From: the human T2T-CHM13v2.0 reference genome, Homo sapiens
Assembly (NCBI RefSeq): GCF_009914755.1
Contig: NC_060925.1
Reading direction: 5' to 3' (one strand)
DNA length: 64,000 nucleotides
A program made the translations under genes and the position numbers. The notes beneath the pieces are model-generated. The model searched no databases, was not told the DNA's origin, and saw only the letters and a list, made by a program, of their open reading frames with translations. Positions 1 through 15,744 of this stretch are shown one piece after another (within the stretch, counting starts at the first letter, position 1; every line of letters begins with the position of its first letter).

Positions 1-310
1 AAATGTGGGTGACCAGAGCTTCCTCTATGGGACACTTGGCTAGGACTTGGAGGTTCTTTCCCTAACCAGCCTGTGACCAATCGAAGTAGGCTGTGTACAT
101 TTCAGAGAGGGAGATCCATGTGGGCTCCAGCCACGGGGAAGAGTTCTTGGCAGAGACCCCCTGATCTGAGTGCTAAGAGTTGGGTGGGTTGGGGTGGACA
201 GCTGCAGGGCCCACCCTGGGCTTTCTGCCCAGGGTGCTTTGGGAGAAAGACAATGATTTATGTGGGATACAGTGGGGAGGCCAGTGGAGGGATTTTGTTG
301 CACATAATCA

Positions 311-666
<356 letters not shown>

Positions 667-789
667 TTCAAATTCATTAATCCAGATTTTTTTATAGTCA
701 CGTTGTTCGATGATGTTTGTGGCTGAGGTTCATGCTTCCTAACATGGGAAAATGTGTTCTCATGCAAGGAGAGGGAGAGAAAAGTGTGC

Positions 790-1313
<524 letters not shown>

Positions 1314-3399
1314 CTATTGCCATGCTTGTCCCTAAATTCCCTTTCACCTGTCTCCCTGCCCTTTGCTGCCCCTGACCCCACTCCACCCCAGAGGATTTTT
1401 ATATGAGGTACAGTCCTAACTCTGGTGGGGAAATGTCTATGAAAGCTTTACTGTAAAAAATATATAAATCTTAAAAGTCAACCTATATGTCGTGTGGTTG
1501 TAGATTTTTTTTAAAGGAAGGAGGAGAACAGCGCTCCTGGGAAGTTACGATCTCCAGAAGCAACTAACATTCATTACAAGGAAGGTCTCAGCGCTGATTC
1601 CCACAAGTGGCAGAGAAGAAAATGAGATGCAGGCTCTGGATTTGCATAATCGCCGACTGTTTCCTGCTCATTTGCCACTTTGCAGGGGTTCAGTGTGGAG
1701 GGCAGCCCCTTCCTGGCCTGGACACCCTCTGTGCCCAGGGCTCCACGGGGTCCCTCTTGGAATGGTGCTTTAATGATCACTCAGATGGCATTTAGCCTCC
1801 AATTAAGAGCCGGGAAGAAAAGCACTGGCCAAGTGGAGTGAACATTCCGGGGAATTCACCCACTTAGGAGAAACCTGGAGAATTAGCAGGCACACAAAGC
1901 CACCTCTTGACTGGAAGCAGATGCCTTGAAGTCTCCCAGACGCCCCACAGGCTGCAAAGGAAGTTGGCCACAGAGCTGACCTGTGTCTAGAATGGTACCA
2001 AGGACTCTGCACAAACTTGAGAGGCCCTGTCCACTGCAGGGGAGGAGAAGAGGCATGGAGGGAAGTCAGCCTCTGCAGACACGGTACTTCCTGCCTTCTG
2101 CTAGTTGCCATGGCTTTGTTCCTCATAACAAGCCCATCACAAGCCCTGACAAAGCTCATGGTGTGGCTCAGTGATAGAAACCAGCTGGCCCAGGTATTTC
2201 TGACACCAGAGCCATGGTCTTCAGCATCTGAGCGGACATCCTGCTCTCAGCAGAGCCCACTGGAGGCTCTTCCTCATCAATTAAGCCTGTCTGTTCATCC
2301 TCCATCTTTGACTTGCTCTCGATTTCCTTCCATCTAATGGATTCCTTACTCTGAGACAAGCACGCCCCGGCAAGAGGTCTGGAAAGCCAGCTCTAGTCTT
2401 CTGTCAGCCCCCCTGCAAAAATGGCATTTGTCTGATACCGGGTGTCCCTGCAAATGTGATTGTCACTCCAGCACATCTCTGCGGATGAGCAGGAGGTGGA
2501 AGTGGCCATTACTGGTGCCACTGACAAAGTGTCAAACCAGGATCTTGCCCCATAAGTGCCTTCCTTATCAATTGATTTCTCATTGAAATATCCTGCAGTA
2601 AAATTCAGTAGTGGGTGCACCGTGGAAATAGAGCCTGTTTCATTGGATGTAGCACTGTTTATAAGGCAGCCTCGGACACCACTAGGTTCTGAAATGAAAC
2701 CAGAGCAGCCTAACTTCATCTCTTCAACTCCCCAGGTCTGGGCATTGTGAATATACCAGGCATTGTGAATATAAAGAAGGGAACTTGTAGGTTTTGAATG
2801 TCTTCTTACTAAAGAGTTTGTTGAAAGAAGAACAATTAATCTCTTTGTCTTAACTGGCTTGGCCACATTTCAGTGCTGGAAAGAGGAGAAAAAAAAGCAA
2901 CAGAACAAAACCTTTTGTATTTCTGCCAGCAGAAGGTAACGGAGAGGCTCGTCATTTTGTGGACATTTTTGATTAAGTGTCCCTTTACCTTTTAATTTGT
3001 GCATTCGGGTTTCAGATCTTCTGCGGCAAGAGGGAGAAATTGTCGCACATTGTCACACCTCATTTGTCTGCCACAGGGTTGTGAAACTTCAGCATCCAAG
3101 CTCAGAAGTTTGCAGAGAAAGGATTTCAAGGCCAGTGACTCTGCTCTGGATGACTTACAACTTAAACATCACCTAGCCTTGTTCTTCTGCTCCCAAGTGT
3201 CCACAGGAAATTAATAGTTACAATATAGGGTTTTTTTCAGTGTTCACAAAGTGTACTCTGGCACTATGTGGGACAAAGAATTATGCATCAGCTCAGCCCA
3301 TAGTTCTCAACACCTGCCTGCTCCTGCTTTCTCTTTAGTATCTCATTTCTGAGCAATGGCTGAAGAAAGGCAGCTGGCTACTGAAACCGGAAGGAAAGA

Positions 3400-3610
3400 T
3401 TGGAATGTACTGGAAAGAACAAAGGAATTACAATCTAAGGACTGGGTTGGTTCAAGTCCCAGCTCTTCCACATACTAGCTCTGTGACCTTGGGCGATTTA
3501 GTCAACCCTTCTGAGCTTTAGTTTCCTCATCAGTAAAATGGCAACAGTAGCAACCACCTCCTAGAGTTTTATAGGGAAAAACAGATACAATTTATGGAGA
3601 GTGTGTAGTG
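3400..3610 (+). mobile_element. MIR SINE relic
   Basis: ttcaagtcccagctc...ctagctctgtgaccttgggc...agtttcctcatcagtaaaatgg. Confidence 0.75.
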
Positions 3611-4102
3611 AAGTACATTAGACACTGTTGGTACTTTTATGATATGGAGGAGAGTCCAGGAATCAAAACTGCTGCTTTTTAGGAAAACTATTTGGCTAAA
3701 ATCAATAGTTTGTCGCAGTAGTCCCCTGGCACTGTGATGTCATGTGGTGGGGAATCAAGATCTCTCCCATGGGCTCAAGGATCTCTTCTGATGCCTTCTC
3801 ATGGGAGCACCTTCTACATCTTGCGTATGGATTAAGAATTCATTTTCCTGATTGTCCAGTCTAATTGTTTATAGAACCTGTCGCCACTATTTGCTTTCTG
3901 TTTAAGAAGACTGAAGGAAGAGAAGGGAGGGAGGAAAGAGAGAGGGAGGAATACGTTTTGGTTAACAGTGACCCCATTGCATTGACTGGGATGTGTGGCA
4001 GGCTGAATTCCAAGTCCACACACCCTGGAATGGCATTTTGCATCCATGCTGTTGCCACAGCCACAACACAGGTAGATGGAATGGACTTCACTGCCTCTTG
4101 AC

Positions 4103-4211
4103 TTTGTTTGTTTGTTTGTTTGTTTGTTTCTTTGTTTTGTTTTGTTTTTTCTCTTTCCTTCCCTCCTTCCTCCCTTCCTCCCTTCCTCCCTCCCTCCATT
4201 CCTTCCTTCCT
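4103..4211 (+). repeat. Compound microsatellite (TTTG)n-(TTCC)n, tail of the adjacent minus-strand Alu
   Basis: Direct reading. Confidence 0.9.
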
Positions 4212-4640
4212 TGACAGGCTCTTGCTTTGTCACCCAGGCTGGAGTGTAATGGTGCCATTATACCTCACTGCAGCCTCAACCTCCTGGGCTCAAGCGATCC
4301 TCCCACCTCAGCCTCCTGAACAGCTGAGACTACAGGCACACAGCACCACACCCAACTAATATTTATTTATTTATTTATTTATTTTTAGAGTTGGGGTCTT
4401 GCCGTGTTGCCCAGGCTGGTCTCAACCTTCTGAGCTCAAATGATCCTTCTACCTCAGCCTCTGTAGTAGCTGGGATTACAGGCATGTGGCATCAGGACCA
4501 GCTAATTTTTTAATTTTTTTTTTAAGAGATGAGAGTTTCACTATGTTGCCCAGGCAGGTCTTTAACTCCTGGGCTTAAGCAATCCTCCCACCTTGGCCCC
4601 CCAAAATGCTGGGATTACAGGCATGAGCCACCGCAATGCC
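4212..4640 (-). mobile_element. Three-monomer AluJ-type element
   Basis: Right arm, then a hybrid monomer, then a left arm, separated by two T-rich linkers. Confidence 0.85.
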
Positions 4641-5899
4641 CTCTCTTGACTTTAGCTTTGTGACTTGCCTTGGCCAATGGGATACTAGCTGATGTGAAGC
4701 AGGCAGCAGCTTGGATGAGCTTGGGGTGTTGAATGTGCTTTTTGACCTCTCTGCTCTCCCAATGCTTGTGCCTCCATTCTTGGGATGGGTTGGGAAGCAG
4801 TGAGAGCGATTAGAACCTCTGGGGAGATGGGGATGCTGAGGGCCTGTTTTGCCTTTCAGATGATGAAAAGATCTGGCTTTGCATGGGTTACTCTTCTGGG
4901 TCTGAAAATCTTTCTTGAGCTGGGTCATTTGAATCCAGAAAAAAAAAAAATGAAAGAGAAAGCATGAAAGTAAGAGAGCTGGAGAAAGAGGAGAGAGAGA
5001 GGAAGAGAGAGGCAGACTTTATTCCACCAGTTCACCTGGACCAGGAATTAGTCCTAAGCTAACCTAGGCTACCCTGGACAATGAAGGGGATTTTAAGAAG
5101 GGAGGGAGGATTCTCTTGGAGATTAACTTTGGGCTTTGGCCTAGTTGAGTCTTGTTAGACTTTAAATAAAAATCCGTGGGGGAGGGGCACACACAGGGCA
5201 GCCACGGCAGGAGCTCGCGTTCCTATCTCAGCCTGGCTGTGCCAAAGCCTGACATTTCTTGTTCTGATAATTGATGTGGCCAAGTTGAAGCTTGTCACCG
5301 TGAGAGCATCGCACCGTGGCTTTGGTAGTGCCGTGGCTATGTGAAGAGTGAGAAAAATCAATTTCCACTGTCCACGGAAGGTTGTTTGATTTATTACTGT
5401 TGGAAGAAGAAATTCTTTATCTCCCACCCCCTGTTGGAGAGCACTGTTTTACAGTCTGCTGTTAGAGAGGCTCTATAAAAGCAGCTATATTTGTGCAAAT
5501 TTTGGTATTTTGATAACCTTCCTTGACTATTCAGAGGACATTGAACACTCCCAATTTTTATAACCCTCATTTGTTTTTGATTAAGCAATTATAGGCACTA
5601 AAAGACAGTCTGCAAGAGAGTGTGGCCAGCGTACCTGCAGGATTATTTCATGCCATAGGAAGCATCAGACGGCTTTAATATTTCATGACCACTGGCAGGA
5701 GGAAGGAGGGGTTTGCTAGGAAAGAGCAGAGGATGCGATCTGGAGTCAGACGGGGATTGGGATCCCAACTGCCATTGGAGAACAGGTCGGTGTCCATGAG
5801 CCTCAGTTTCCTTATCTGAACAATGAGTATGTGTAGCAGACAATACCGTCCAGATCCTCTTAGATCCCTTCAAGCCTTTTCTTGTGCACCACGCTTGCC

Positions 5900-6313
5900 T
5901 GCCTTGGTGTGCTTCTGATTTCAGCATCCTGCATTGTGGCTCCTCTTCCAGGACTCTCCCTTTGCCTCCCGGCCTCCGAGAACTTAAGTACCTGGGAATT
6001 AATGTCCCCTCAGGGCAGCCCCTCCTCCCGTGACTGACCCACCTGTGAGTTTGAAAGCAGCGCTCCCTTGCCTCACCTCAGGACACACCCCGAGGTGTAA
6101 CTTACATTCCAGGTGGGTGTAACTTACACTCCAAGTTGGTTCAGGCTGAGGTTCCCCCAGGCACAACTTTGCCTGAAACCAACCAATGCTCGCCTGGCTT
6201 CCCTTCCTTCCCCAACCCTCTTCCCACCCCCATTACTGGAAGACTTCTTTAATACATCACTTGGGCCCAAATCCTCGTCTCAGGCTCTGCTTCTGAGAAA
6301 CCCCCCCAAGATA
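5900..6313 (+). mobile_element. Old ERVL-class LTR (subfamily uncertain)
   Basis: 3' end ...ctttaatacatcacttg...atcctcgtctcaggctctgcttctgagaaaccccccaagata resembles ERVL LTR ends; internal 2x ggtgtaacttacaYtcca at 6094-6133. Confidence 0.6.
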
Positions 6314-6702
6314 GTAGACTGGTGCTCCTTGCCAATGTTTTTACAAATTGTTTCATTAACTTTTATTCAGCACTTCAATGTGCCAGGCGTGGAATTAAAT
6401 GGTTGAAGTGCGTTATCTCTTTTAAGGTTGTGATGATAAAATAAGGTCTAAGGAGGTACTTTGCACAGTGACAAACACATAGCAGCAACTCGGCACTCGC
6501 TGGCCCAGTTTGAACATGATTGGGCTGCAATGTGGTGAGAGGACTCAGGGCAATCCAGCAGCCTCCTCTCTCTCTCCTTCGTCCCCTCCTGCCCCTTCCA
6601 AATTTTTCTCCACACAGCAGCCAGAGTAGTCTTTTAAAACATATCAATCCAATATGTAAGACCCTCTGGTGGCTACTTGATTGCACATAGATATAAAATT
6701 CA

Positions 6703-6834
6703 GGCCAGGTGTGGTAGCTTATGCCTGTAATCCCAGCATTTTGGGAGGCCAAAGTGGGAGGATTGCTTGAGCCTAGGAGTTTGAGCCCAGCCTGGACAAC
6801 ATAGCAAGACCTCGTCTCTACAAATAAAATAAAA
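6703..6834 (+). mobile_element. Alu left monomer (FLAM/AluJ)
   Basis: Single Alu arm followed by an A-rich tail. Confidence 0.88.
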
Positions 6835-6852
6835 CCCAAACTTCCTAACAAT

Positions 6853-7077
6853 GGGGCTTAGCAAACTTTTTTCTATAGAGGGCCAGATAGTAAATACATT
6901 ACACTTTGTGGACCTTACAGTCTTTGTAGCAGTTGAAGACCTCTGCCCTTCTAGCACTGAGGCAGCCATAGACAATATGAAAACAAATGGACGTGGCTGT
7001 TTTCCAATAAAACTTTATTCATAAAGACAGGCAGCGGGCCAGATTTGGCCCACAGACAGTAATTCGGTGAACACTGG
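6853..7077 (-). mobile_element. MER58A-type hAT-Charlie MITE
   Basis: gggccagatagtaaata...gcagccatagacaat...ccaataaaactttatt...gcgggccagatttggccc matches the recalled MER58A consensus (reverse). Confidence 0.85.
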
Positions 7078-8473
7078 TCTACAAAACAACTGAATGGGGA
7101 GGACCCTGCCTCCCTCACCAGCCACCAGTCTCTTTCTGACCCACTCCTCTCCCCAGTCATTTGCTCCTGCCGCACTGGCTGGAGAATCCCAGCATTTTCC
7201 TGCAGCAGGCTAGGTCTGTGCCTACCGTTCCCTCTGTCTGGGTCCAGGAATCTCTTCCTGGAGCCCCCTGCCTTGCTGGCTCCTGCTCATCACTCAAGTG
7301 TCAGTTCAAATGCCAAATCCTGCCTCTTCAAAGAGGCATTCAAGAGCCTGCAGATCTACTATGTCTCCTCCCCCAAGCCCCTCTGTTCTCTATCACCTCA
7401 GTCATTAATTTATTCCCCTAGTCACCTGTTTGGGTTCTGCCCACCCTTTTGGAAAACAAGCTTCAACACTGATTCAGCATTGATCAGCAGCATCCTCAGC
7501 CCGTAGCACAGGGCCCAGCACCTAGCAGGTGCACAATGAGTGTTTGTTGATTAAATGGTCTCTGGGGATCCTCCCGCCCTACTGCCCCCAACCACTGTCT
7601 TCTGTAAGAAGAGTTTTTGAACCACGGAAAACATTAGAATTTCAAGTGATTATCTTGGTTGTAAAGCAAACCTACAAAACCCTAAATAATCTTCCTTTCT
7701 TCTCCTTCCCTGTCAATTATGCAGTTAAACGGAACATCTCACAGGGGGATTTGCCTGAGCAACCCTCACTTTTCTTTTCTCAGTTCCAAGCCTAAGACTG
7801 CAGACCTCCATTTTCAAGGCTAAAAACACCAAGAGGAAGGTGCTGTCTGAACGTGGCACTGAGATTACCCAGTTAATTAAAGAGGGATTTAGGAGTTACT
7901 TAACATCTGGGTGGCAGAGTCTTTTTTTTTTTTTTTTCTACTCAGCTTCAAAAAGGAAGCAGAAATCGTAATATGCCAACTCTGGCTCTAACAGATGCAT
8001 CCTGTGTGTGACGTGATCCTGCAGCAAGGCAAACCTCTTCTTCCCTGGGTTCCTTGGCTCCAAAGCATCTGATGCTTTTCATAAGGACACCTGTGACCTG
8101 CTTGGCAAAGCAAGCTCTGTGTCCTCAGGATGACGGTGGTTCCAGAAGTGCTTTGGTAACCGCTCCTTTTATTATGTCATACTTGAGGGCAGTGATTCTT
8201 GAACAGCAGACATTGCCAGAGGGCCAAGGGACTTTGAGAGGTGGTCAGAGACATGGCCGCCATTCGATGGGGAAGGGCCTTGAATGCTATGCCAAGGAAT
8301 GTGAGCTGTATCCTGGCCAGGGAGTGTTGAGAATTTGACCCCAGGGATGATGTTTGGTAGTAGCCATGAAGGAGGAAGGTGGTAGCCAGCAGCCCAAGTT
8401 GGAGCTTGTTCTAGGGCTTCAGGTAGCAGGTGGTGGGACCTTCCTGGCATGGTGGCATCAAGAAAGAAGAAGA

Positions 8474-8861
<388 letters not shown>

Positions 8862-9746
8862 TCAGTGCTGATGGCAACAATAATAATAATAATAATACCT
8901 ACTTCTATGGGTTATTGAGATAGAAGGTGCCTTTATTTAACTTATTTGTAACAAGTCTTTTGTGAACTTTTAAACACTCATCCGGTGACATTTCTGTAAT
9001 GCTTCATTCAAATAAAGACATTCATAACTTGGCAGTCTGTGAGCTTTCAAAGGACTTTCTCCTCATCCTGTTTTGACACCGAATCTTGGTCTTAGGATGG
9101 CTGTTGAGTAGCTCTGATAGGCAAAGTGAGAGGTATGGTGTGGCCAATAAAGTAGTCATGCCAGTAGGCCAACAGCAGGCAAGAGCTGCCATTAGGAATG
9201 GGAGAGGGACCATTCTGCATGCTGAAGGCAGGATTCATGTGAATGACAGCAGTCGTACCATACAGCAACTAGTTGAGGAGCTGTTTCTGTCTCAGGCAAG
9301 CCCAGAGAACAGATGCTTGCAAGGAATTCCTCTTTCACTGTGTGTATGGTTTTGGTTGCAAGCATCCCACTTTGGCTGGGTTAGAATGTCCTCCAGGATC
9401 CCACTCACCTGTGTTCTTGACCGGCCAGGGCCCCTGAGGATAAAGCGAGCACCTAAATCAATACCCCCAATACCATTTGTACCCAGCTACACCATAGGAG
9501 AGAACAGAATTAGAGCCTTGCGTTGCCACCCCCGCCTCCCCTTGGAGTTTCACGCAAAGGCATTGTTCTTCTGGGGCCTGATTTCAATTGCAGTGAGCTC
9601 GGAATGATGCTTTAATCCTCTGTAATTACTCAAGGCAGGAATCAGGCTAATGAACAAATATAAATGGACAACTGGCCTTTTCCTTTGGAGTAGGAATGGA
9701 TATCCTCCAATTATGATCCTTTGCCTAAGGGGGAGATGGGATGTAG

Positions 9747-10064
<318 letters not shown>

Positions 10065-11094
10065 TTGCTACTCATTTTAAATTAATGTACTTGTTTACCT
10101 TCTTGCGAGTCAAATACATCACAGTCCCCAGGTGATGGTTCTCATTTACAATTTGGTAGGTGGGCCTCCTGGGAAAGACCGGCAGGAGGGTAGAATCCAC
10201 ATTCCCGGGGCACTGAGGGCTGGGACCTCAGGCCTTTGCATGGGCTGTACTTTCTGCTTCGGGCAACCTCCCTTCAGAGGCCCCCACAGCTGAATCCTTA
10301 CTTCTTCAGGTCTTGGCTCAACTGTCCCCTTCCCAATAAGCCTTCTCCTGATCACGATCACCCTATTTAAAATTACAAACCACTCCCGACCCCCTCCCCC
10401 ACCCCCCCCCCCACAATGTGGGCATTCCTTCCCTGTTCCTTTTTTTCCCAACCTTCTAACATGATATACGATTTACTGATTTATTCATCATATTCTTTGT
10501 TATCCGCCGCCCCTCTGCCCCCCCATAGAACGTAAGCTTTTTAACAAGTCTTTTCTCACAGGTAGATACGGTTGCCTGTTTTGTTGACCCATGTATCTTA
10601 AATGCCTGGAGCTCATACCAGGCACTCAGTAAACCTTAGTAGAACAAATGGATGAAGAAATGAAGAGTTGGAGGGAGGGAATTGAAGGAGTGCAGGACAG
10701 GAAGGCTCTAAGAAAGGTGTCACCATCCTTGAGGACAGTCACCCTGAGAGACCAGATCTGGACTTGCTCTGGCACCAGGCTGGGTATAGAAACAGGCAGA
10801 GGCCAGAGGGAAGGATTCTAGTTTCATGAGTGCCTATCCTATGCCAGTAAAACTGTGGGTGCTTTCTCTGGGTTATGATCTTCAATCCCCACAAGAGTGC
10901 TGCATACTGGATGTTATCGTTCTTATTTTATAGGTAAGGAAATGAGATTCAGAGAAGCCACATACTGCCTAGGGCTATGGTGAGTAGCAGAACCAGGCTT
11001 GGAACCCAGTTTTCTAAATTATTTCATCTGTTCTTTAAGTACAAGTTTGATCTCCTCCTCCAGGCTCCAAGACTAGTGCTTCTCTCTCCACGAT

Positions 11095-11311
11095 GCCGGG
11101 CTCATCAGCCGCAGCACTGTTGGTGTTTGGGACTGGATCATTCTTGGTTGTGGGGGGCTGTCCTGTGCATGGTAGGGTGCTCAACAGCATCCCTGGCCTC
11201 TACCCACCAGATGCCAGTATCATTCTCCCCATAGTATGACAACCAAAAATGTCTCCAGACATTGCCAAGTACCTCCTTGGAGACAAGGTCACCCTCAGTT
11301 GCAAACCACTG
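11095..11311 (-). mobile_element. MER20 hAT DNA transposon
   Basis: ctgtcctgtgcat...agcatccctggcctctacccaccagatgccag...gacaaccaaaaatgtctccagacattgccaa. Confidence 0.85.
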
Positions 11312-11516
11312 CTGTAGATGAAATAGAAGCAGTTCTCATTGGCCCTGAGAACCTTCAGAGAAGTAAGAAAGAGTTGTTGTTAGGGCCATCAGCTGGCCCG
11401 GCAGCCAGGGCCTCTTGTGTTGTCTTACTCTGGGGAAGGTATAGCCCAGTCTGGGGTATGGTCCTTGTCTCCCAGATCTAGAACTTGCCCCTCAGAGGTG
11501 GGGTTTCAATTGAATT

Positions 11517-12430
11517 GTGTTAGTGTGGACCATTTGAGAAGCAGCTAAGGTGGAATTTGGTGTGCAGATGTATTGGGAGAAATGCCTGCAAAGGACATAG
11601 GAGAGACAGGGAGAGCCTTCAGACAGGGATGTGGGGCTGGTGCCTGCGAATGGAGAAGGGGAAGGAAGGAGTGTTGGTAGAAAGAGCCCCAGATCTCAGC
11701 GCAGCTCAGAGAGTGCCTCAGCCAGGCTGATGGGGAGTCCTCAAGCCAAAGTCACCTGTTAGAGGAATGGGCTGCACTCATAATTTTTGACAGGAACAAC
11801 CCAGGAGAACTGTGGTCTTGGTGGAACACAGGAGTGGCTGCCGAAAGGAGGCAGCTGAGCTGGCAGTCCATTGTGCTCAGGCAGCAGGCAATCTGGGTGA
11901 CCCGCTGATGACACTCACACCAGAAGCCCGTCTGTGCTGAAGCAAATCAGCGCCAGCACTGCCAGCCATTGGCATCTGTCGAAGGGTGTGTCTGTGTTGT
12001 CTCAGTCTGGTGCCCACAAAAGCCAACCTTGAGATGATGACTCAAGGGCACATGCATGTTTTGAGGAGGTGACGCCCATGAAACTCCAGTAGGTGAATAG
12101 GATAGTGAGACAGGAGAGGAAAACAGACAGTAGGGGGATATATGAGAGCGAGCTGCCACCGTGGGCAACTGGAGCCAGTCCTGTGGGAGCTCCAGAAACT
12201 ACAGGACACGGGTATGTCTGGAGGTTTTCCAGTTGAGGGTCAAAGGAGCTGGGGTCTTCACCGGCCAACTCCCTAGTCACAGCTCCTGGGCTGCCTGAGT
12301 GGACATGGATGCTGGCAGCTGGAAGTTGCCCCCAATTGCACCATAATGGTAAGACCATTTGGCATCCCACATGCCCCAAGCACTCACTGAGCTGCCCCAG
12401 AGGCTGGGAAAAGGCCTCGGGCAGAGCCAC
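11517..12430 (-). mobile_element. Cluster of old ERVL-class LTR fragments
   Basis: Two LTR-end-like starts (tgtgttagtgtggacc...gaagcag at 11517; tgtctcagtctggtgccc...ttgagatg at ~11998). Confidence 0.5.
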
Positions 12431-15374
12431 CAGTGTTTGCAAAAAACAGAGCTCGGTGCCTGGAAGCCAGGGAAGAGATGCCGGCTGGCACACTGCAGGA
12501 AGAGAAAAGAAAGAAAAATATGGTAATCCTAGTATATTACAGAGCATATAATCAAAACCTATTGCCTGGTGCTCTGGATCACAGAGAGGGGCCTTGGGGA
12601 GGTGGCTTGGTTCCGCATGTTAACTGAGCATCTAGTATGCACTGGGCGGTGTGTGGGAAGACAAAGATGCTGAGGGCCAGTCCTCCCCCTGTTGGAGCTC
12701 ACAGTCCAGTGGCATCGGCAAGTGCCAACATTTATCCCACGACGGGAGGCAGTGTAGCGCACTGTTGCCACTAACCACTCTGAACTTCAGTCTCTTCATC
12801 ATAAACTGGAGATACCACTGGTTCCTCTTAGAATCACTGGGAGGACTCTATGAGATGGTATCCTCAAGTGTCTCTCCCATGCGTTCACATACAGTAAACA
12901 TTCAGTGCCCTTTAGCTATCGTTCAAGCTATTGGAGCTACAACAGAGAAATATATGTGGTCTAGGGGAAAATAAGGGCTGGAGGGACCAAATAAATGGTG
13001 GGGAGTGGGACGAGATGGATGTCAGAGAAGGCTTCTCTGAAGATCTCTGCCCTGGTGCTGAATCTTAGCTGAGAAGGAATTATAGATCCTGATCAGCAGC
13101 GAATGGGTACGCTTTCTGTGTTTTCCTTTGGATTTTACAGACCGTGATGATTGAGGTTGGTTAAGGGTTAAACATCCCGTAAGCATTTCTACTGGGCTAG
13201 TTACTGTGGGGAAGGTTAGGATTAAGGAGAACTTCAGAGTGATTTGCCTGACAATAGCAGCCTTCTTATCTGCCCACAGTTGAAAATTCCCACCATTTAT
13301 TGGAGCCTGTTCTGTTTTTCACCTGAGCTGAAGGCTGGGAGTGGGAGGGGCTCCTCTGCAAATCCACAGCTGCAGAACAACAGGTCATGACAGCTTTATC
13401 TTTAAGGCCAATACCAAGAGAACCAGAGAAGCCAAAAAGAGATAACTTTGAATCCCACGGGGCAAGAATGCACCAAGCCTTTTTTTCCCAGGGGATTTTA
13501 TTTAGCTGATAGGCAAAGTCTGAAGACTGGGTGCTTTCCCCATTGGAAGAACTCAATAAAGTATTTTGACTCAGTGCAAAGCCAAAATACCATCCCTAGG
13601 TCAAAGAGCTGGACTTGGAAGCCTGTTCCTCCTGGGAAGCCAGCTTGGAAGAGTTTCTTCGAGCAGCCAGACACCATAGGAAAGACCTCTATAGATGAAT
13701 CTGCTGTGGATGAGTGTCCTATCCACAGACCTTTCTTAGTTTGGTCCCTGCGGCCTGCAGCCATGGGAGGGCTCAGTGGAGACTGGATGACAGGAGCAGG
13801 CACCACTTGGCTGACATTGAAAAGGCCTTAACAGTTGATGTCTGAGGGTGACCACCTGAAAAGAGGACCTTGAGCTGCCAGAATGTGGAATACAGGACTG
13901 CAGAGGGGAAAATAAGTGTCATTTTCATTCCAGAGAATATTACCGAGGTGCCTGCAAAGTTCAATCTTCCTTTCCAAGCCTTTTATTCAAACTAAGGGCC
14001 AGGTTCAGGCACAGAAGGAGCACCTACAAGCTTTAGCTTTGATTTGGTCTTAATGCACGCGTATGTCGCCGTCGAGATTTACATATTTCTTAATGACCAG
14101 AAAGCAACAATTAGAAAGTCCAAGATCAACTCTCACTACGGTATGAATTTCTTCATCTGAGCATTTTTGTAAGAAGCATGGATTCCTACTATAATCACAA
14201 TAAAACAATAAAGATAGAAAAAAAGATCTGGGAAAGAGGACTCTATTTATATGACTATTTTGAGACTATAGTTATTTGTTATAAATGAATTTGTGAAAAT
14301 ACTAATAAGACTAGTATTTGTGGAGCACTTCTTGTGAGCCAGGCATCTCATGTGCCAAGATCAATATAGTTTTGTAACAACTCTGTGATGTTGTCGGGGA
14401 AGGTAGAATCAGCTTCATTTGATGCGTGTGGAAACGGAGGCTTGGAGAGTTTAAGTATCAAGAACTCGTGGTTAAATCAATGCTGCCTTAGGATGTGTTG
14501 CCTAAGACTGAATCCCTGCAGTAAAATGCAAGACAAATGAGATTCAAACAGACGTAAGATTTCAAGTGGTCTCCACTTCCACTCTCCAAGGTCTCCCAGC
14601 CCTCCCTATTTTTCTTGTGACCCCCTGGAGTGAGGGCACAGTTTGAGCATTTGCTATTAGATCCTCAAGAATAACAGCAGTTTCTTACTGAACTGTCAAT
14701 AATCCTAGAGCTCACAGAATACCAACTCCAATGCCCATGGAAACCTGGCAGGTAGTGTAGGCCAGTGAGGCTGATTATGAGTAATGACTCAAAGGAGAGA
14801 ACTTGCCTCATCCAAAGTAATCAGTTTCCACCAGTTCCAGTCAGTCACAGTCCTGTGTGGCCAAATGGTTTGCTTTTCAAGGGAAGCCGGAGATTCGCGC
14901 CATGTGAAATGTCCCAATTTTTCAATCATCAGAAATTCATTCAAAATTTTAAAAAGTACCATCACATTGGGTTGAATTTGACCAGTGTGCAGCTACCTCT
15001 TCCCTAGAGCATTGCAGAATTCTTCACAGCTAGTTGACTTTCCGTAAAAGCTTCTGAGTTAATGAGTGAATTAATTACCAGGCAAAGAGCCCATTTGAAG
15101 GCTCAACCCTTTAGAGCTCCCTTTGCTGTCCATTCACAGTGGTTGGAGCCAAGCCCATCAAGGCCAGCAGCAGGAAGCAGAGCACCTTTGAGTCTGACCC
15201 TGTCATCAGTCCTTCACTCTGATAAGCTTGGCGTGCTAGTTTCCATGGACTTTTGCTTGGGTTAGGATCATCAATGTCACCCCCATCTGAATTGTAGAAC
15301 CACGTTATTGGCTTTTGGAAAGTCCCCAGAGTGTAGGGAACTATACCTTGGTCAGATTTTTCACCCTTGCAGGT

Positions 15375-15671
<297 letters not shown>

Positions 15672-15744
15672 TGCCCTTCCAGGTCTTACCAACAGAGGGC
15701 TCTTGATTAGTGTCTAAGTGATTGCGGGAAATTAACACTGGTCC

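Noticed and set aside
10385-10412. C-run cluster (G-quadruplex potential on the minus strand)
   Set aside because: Low-complexity expansion inside an L2-like relic; such motifs are common and there is no functional cue
13448-13831. Protein-looking ORF or possible exon after ccctag (other frame VKELDLEACSSWEASLEEFLRAARHHRKDLYR*)
   Set aside because: No recognisable family, weak polypyrimidine tract and no supporting partner exons
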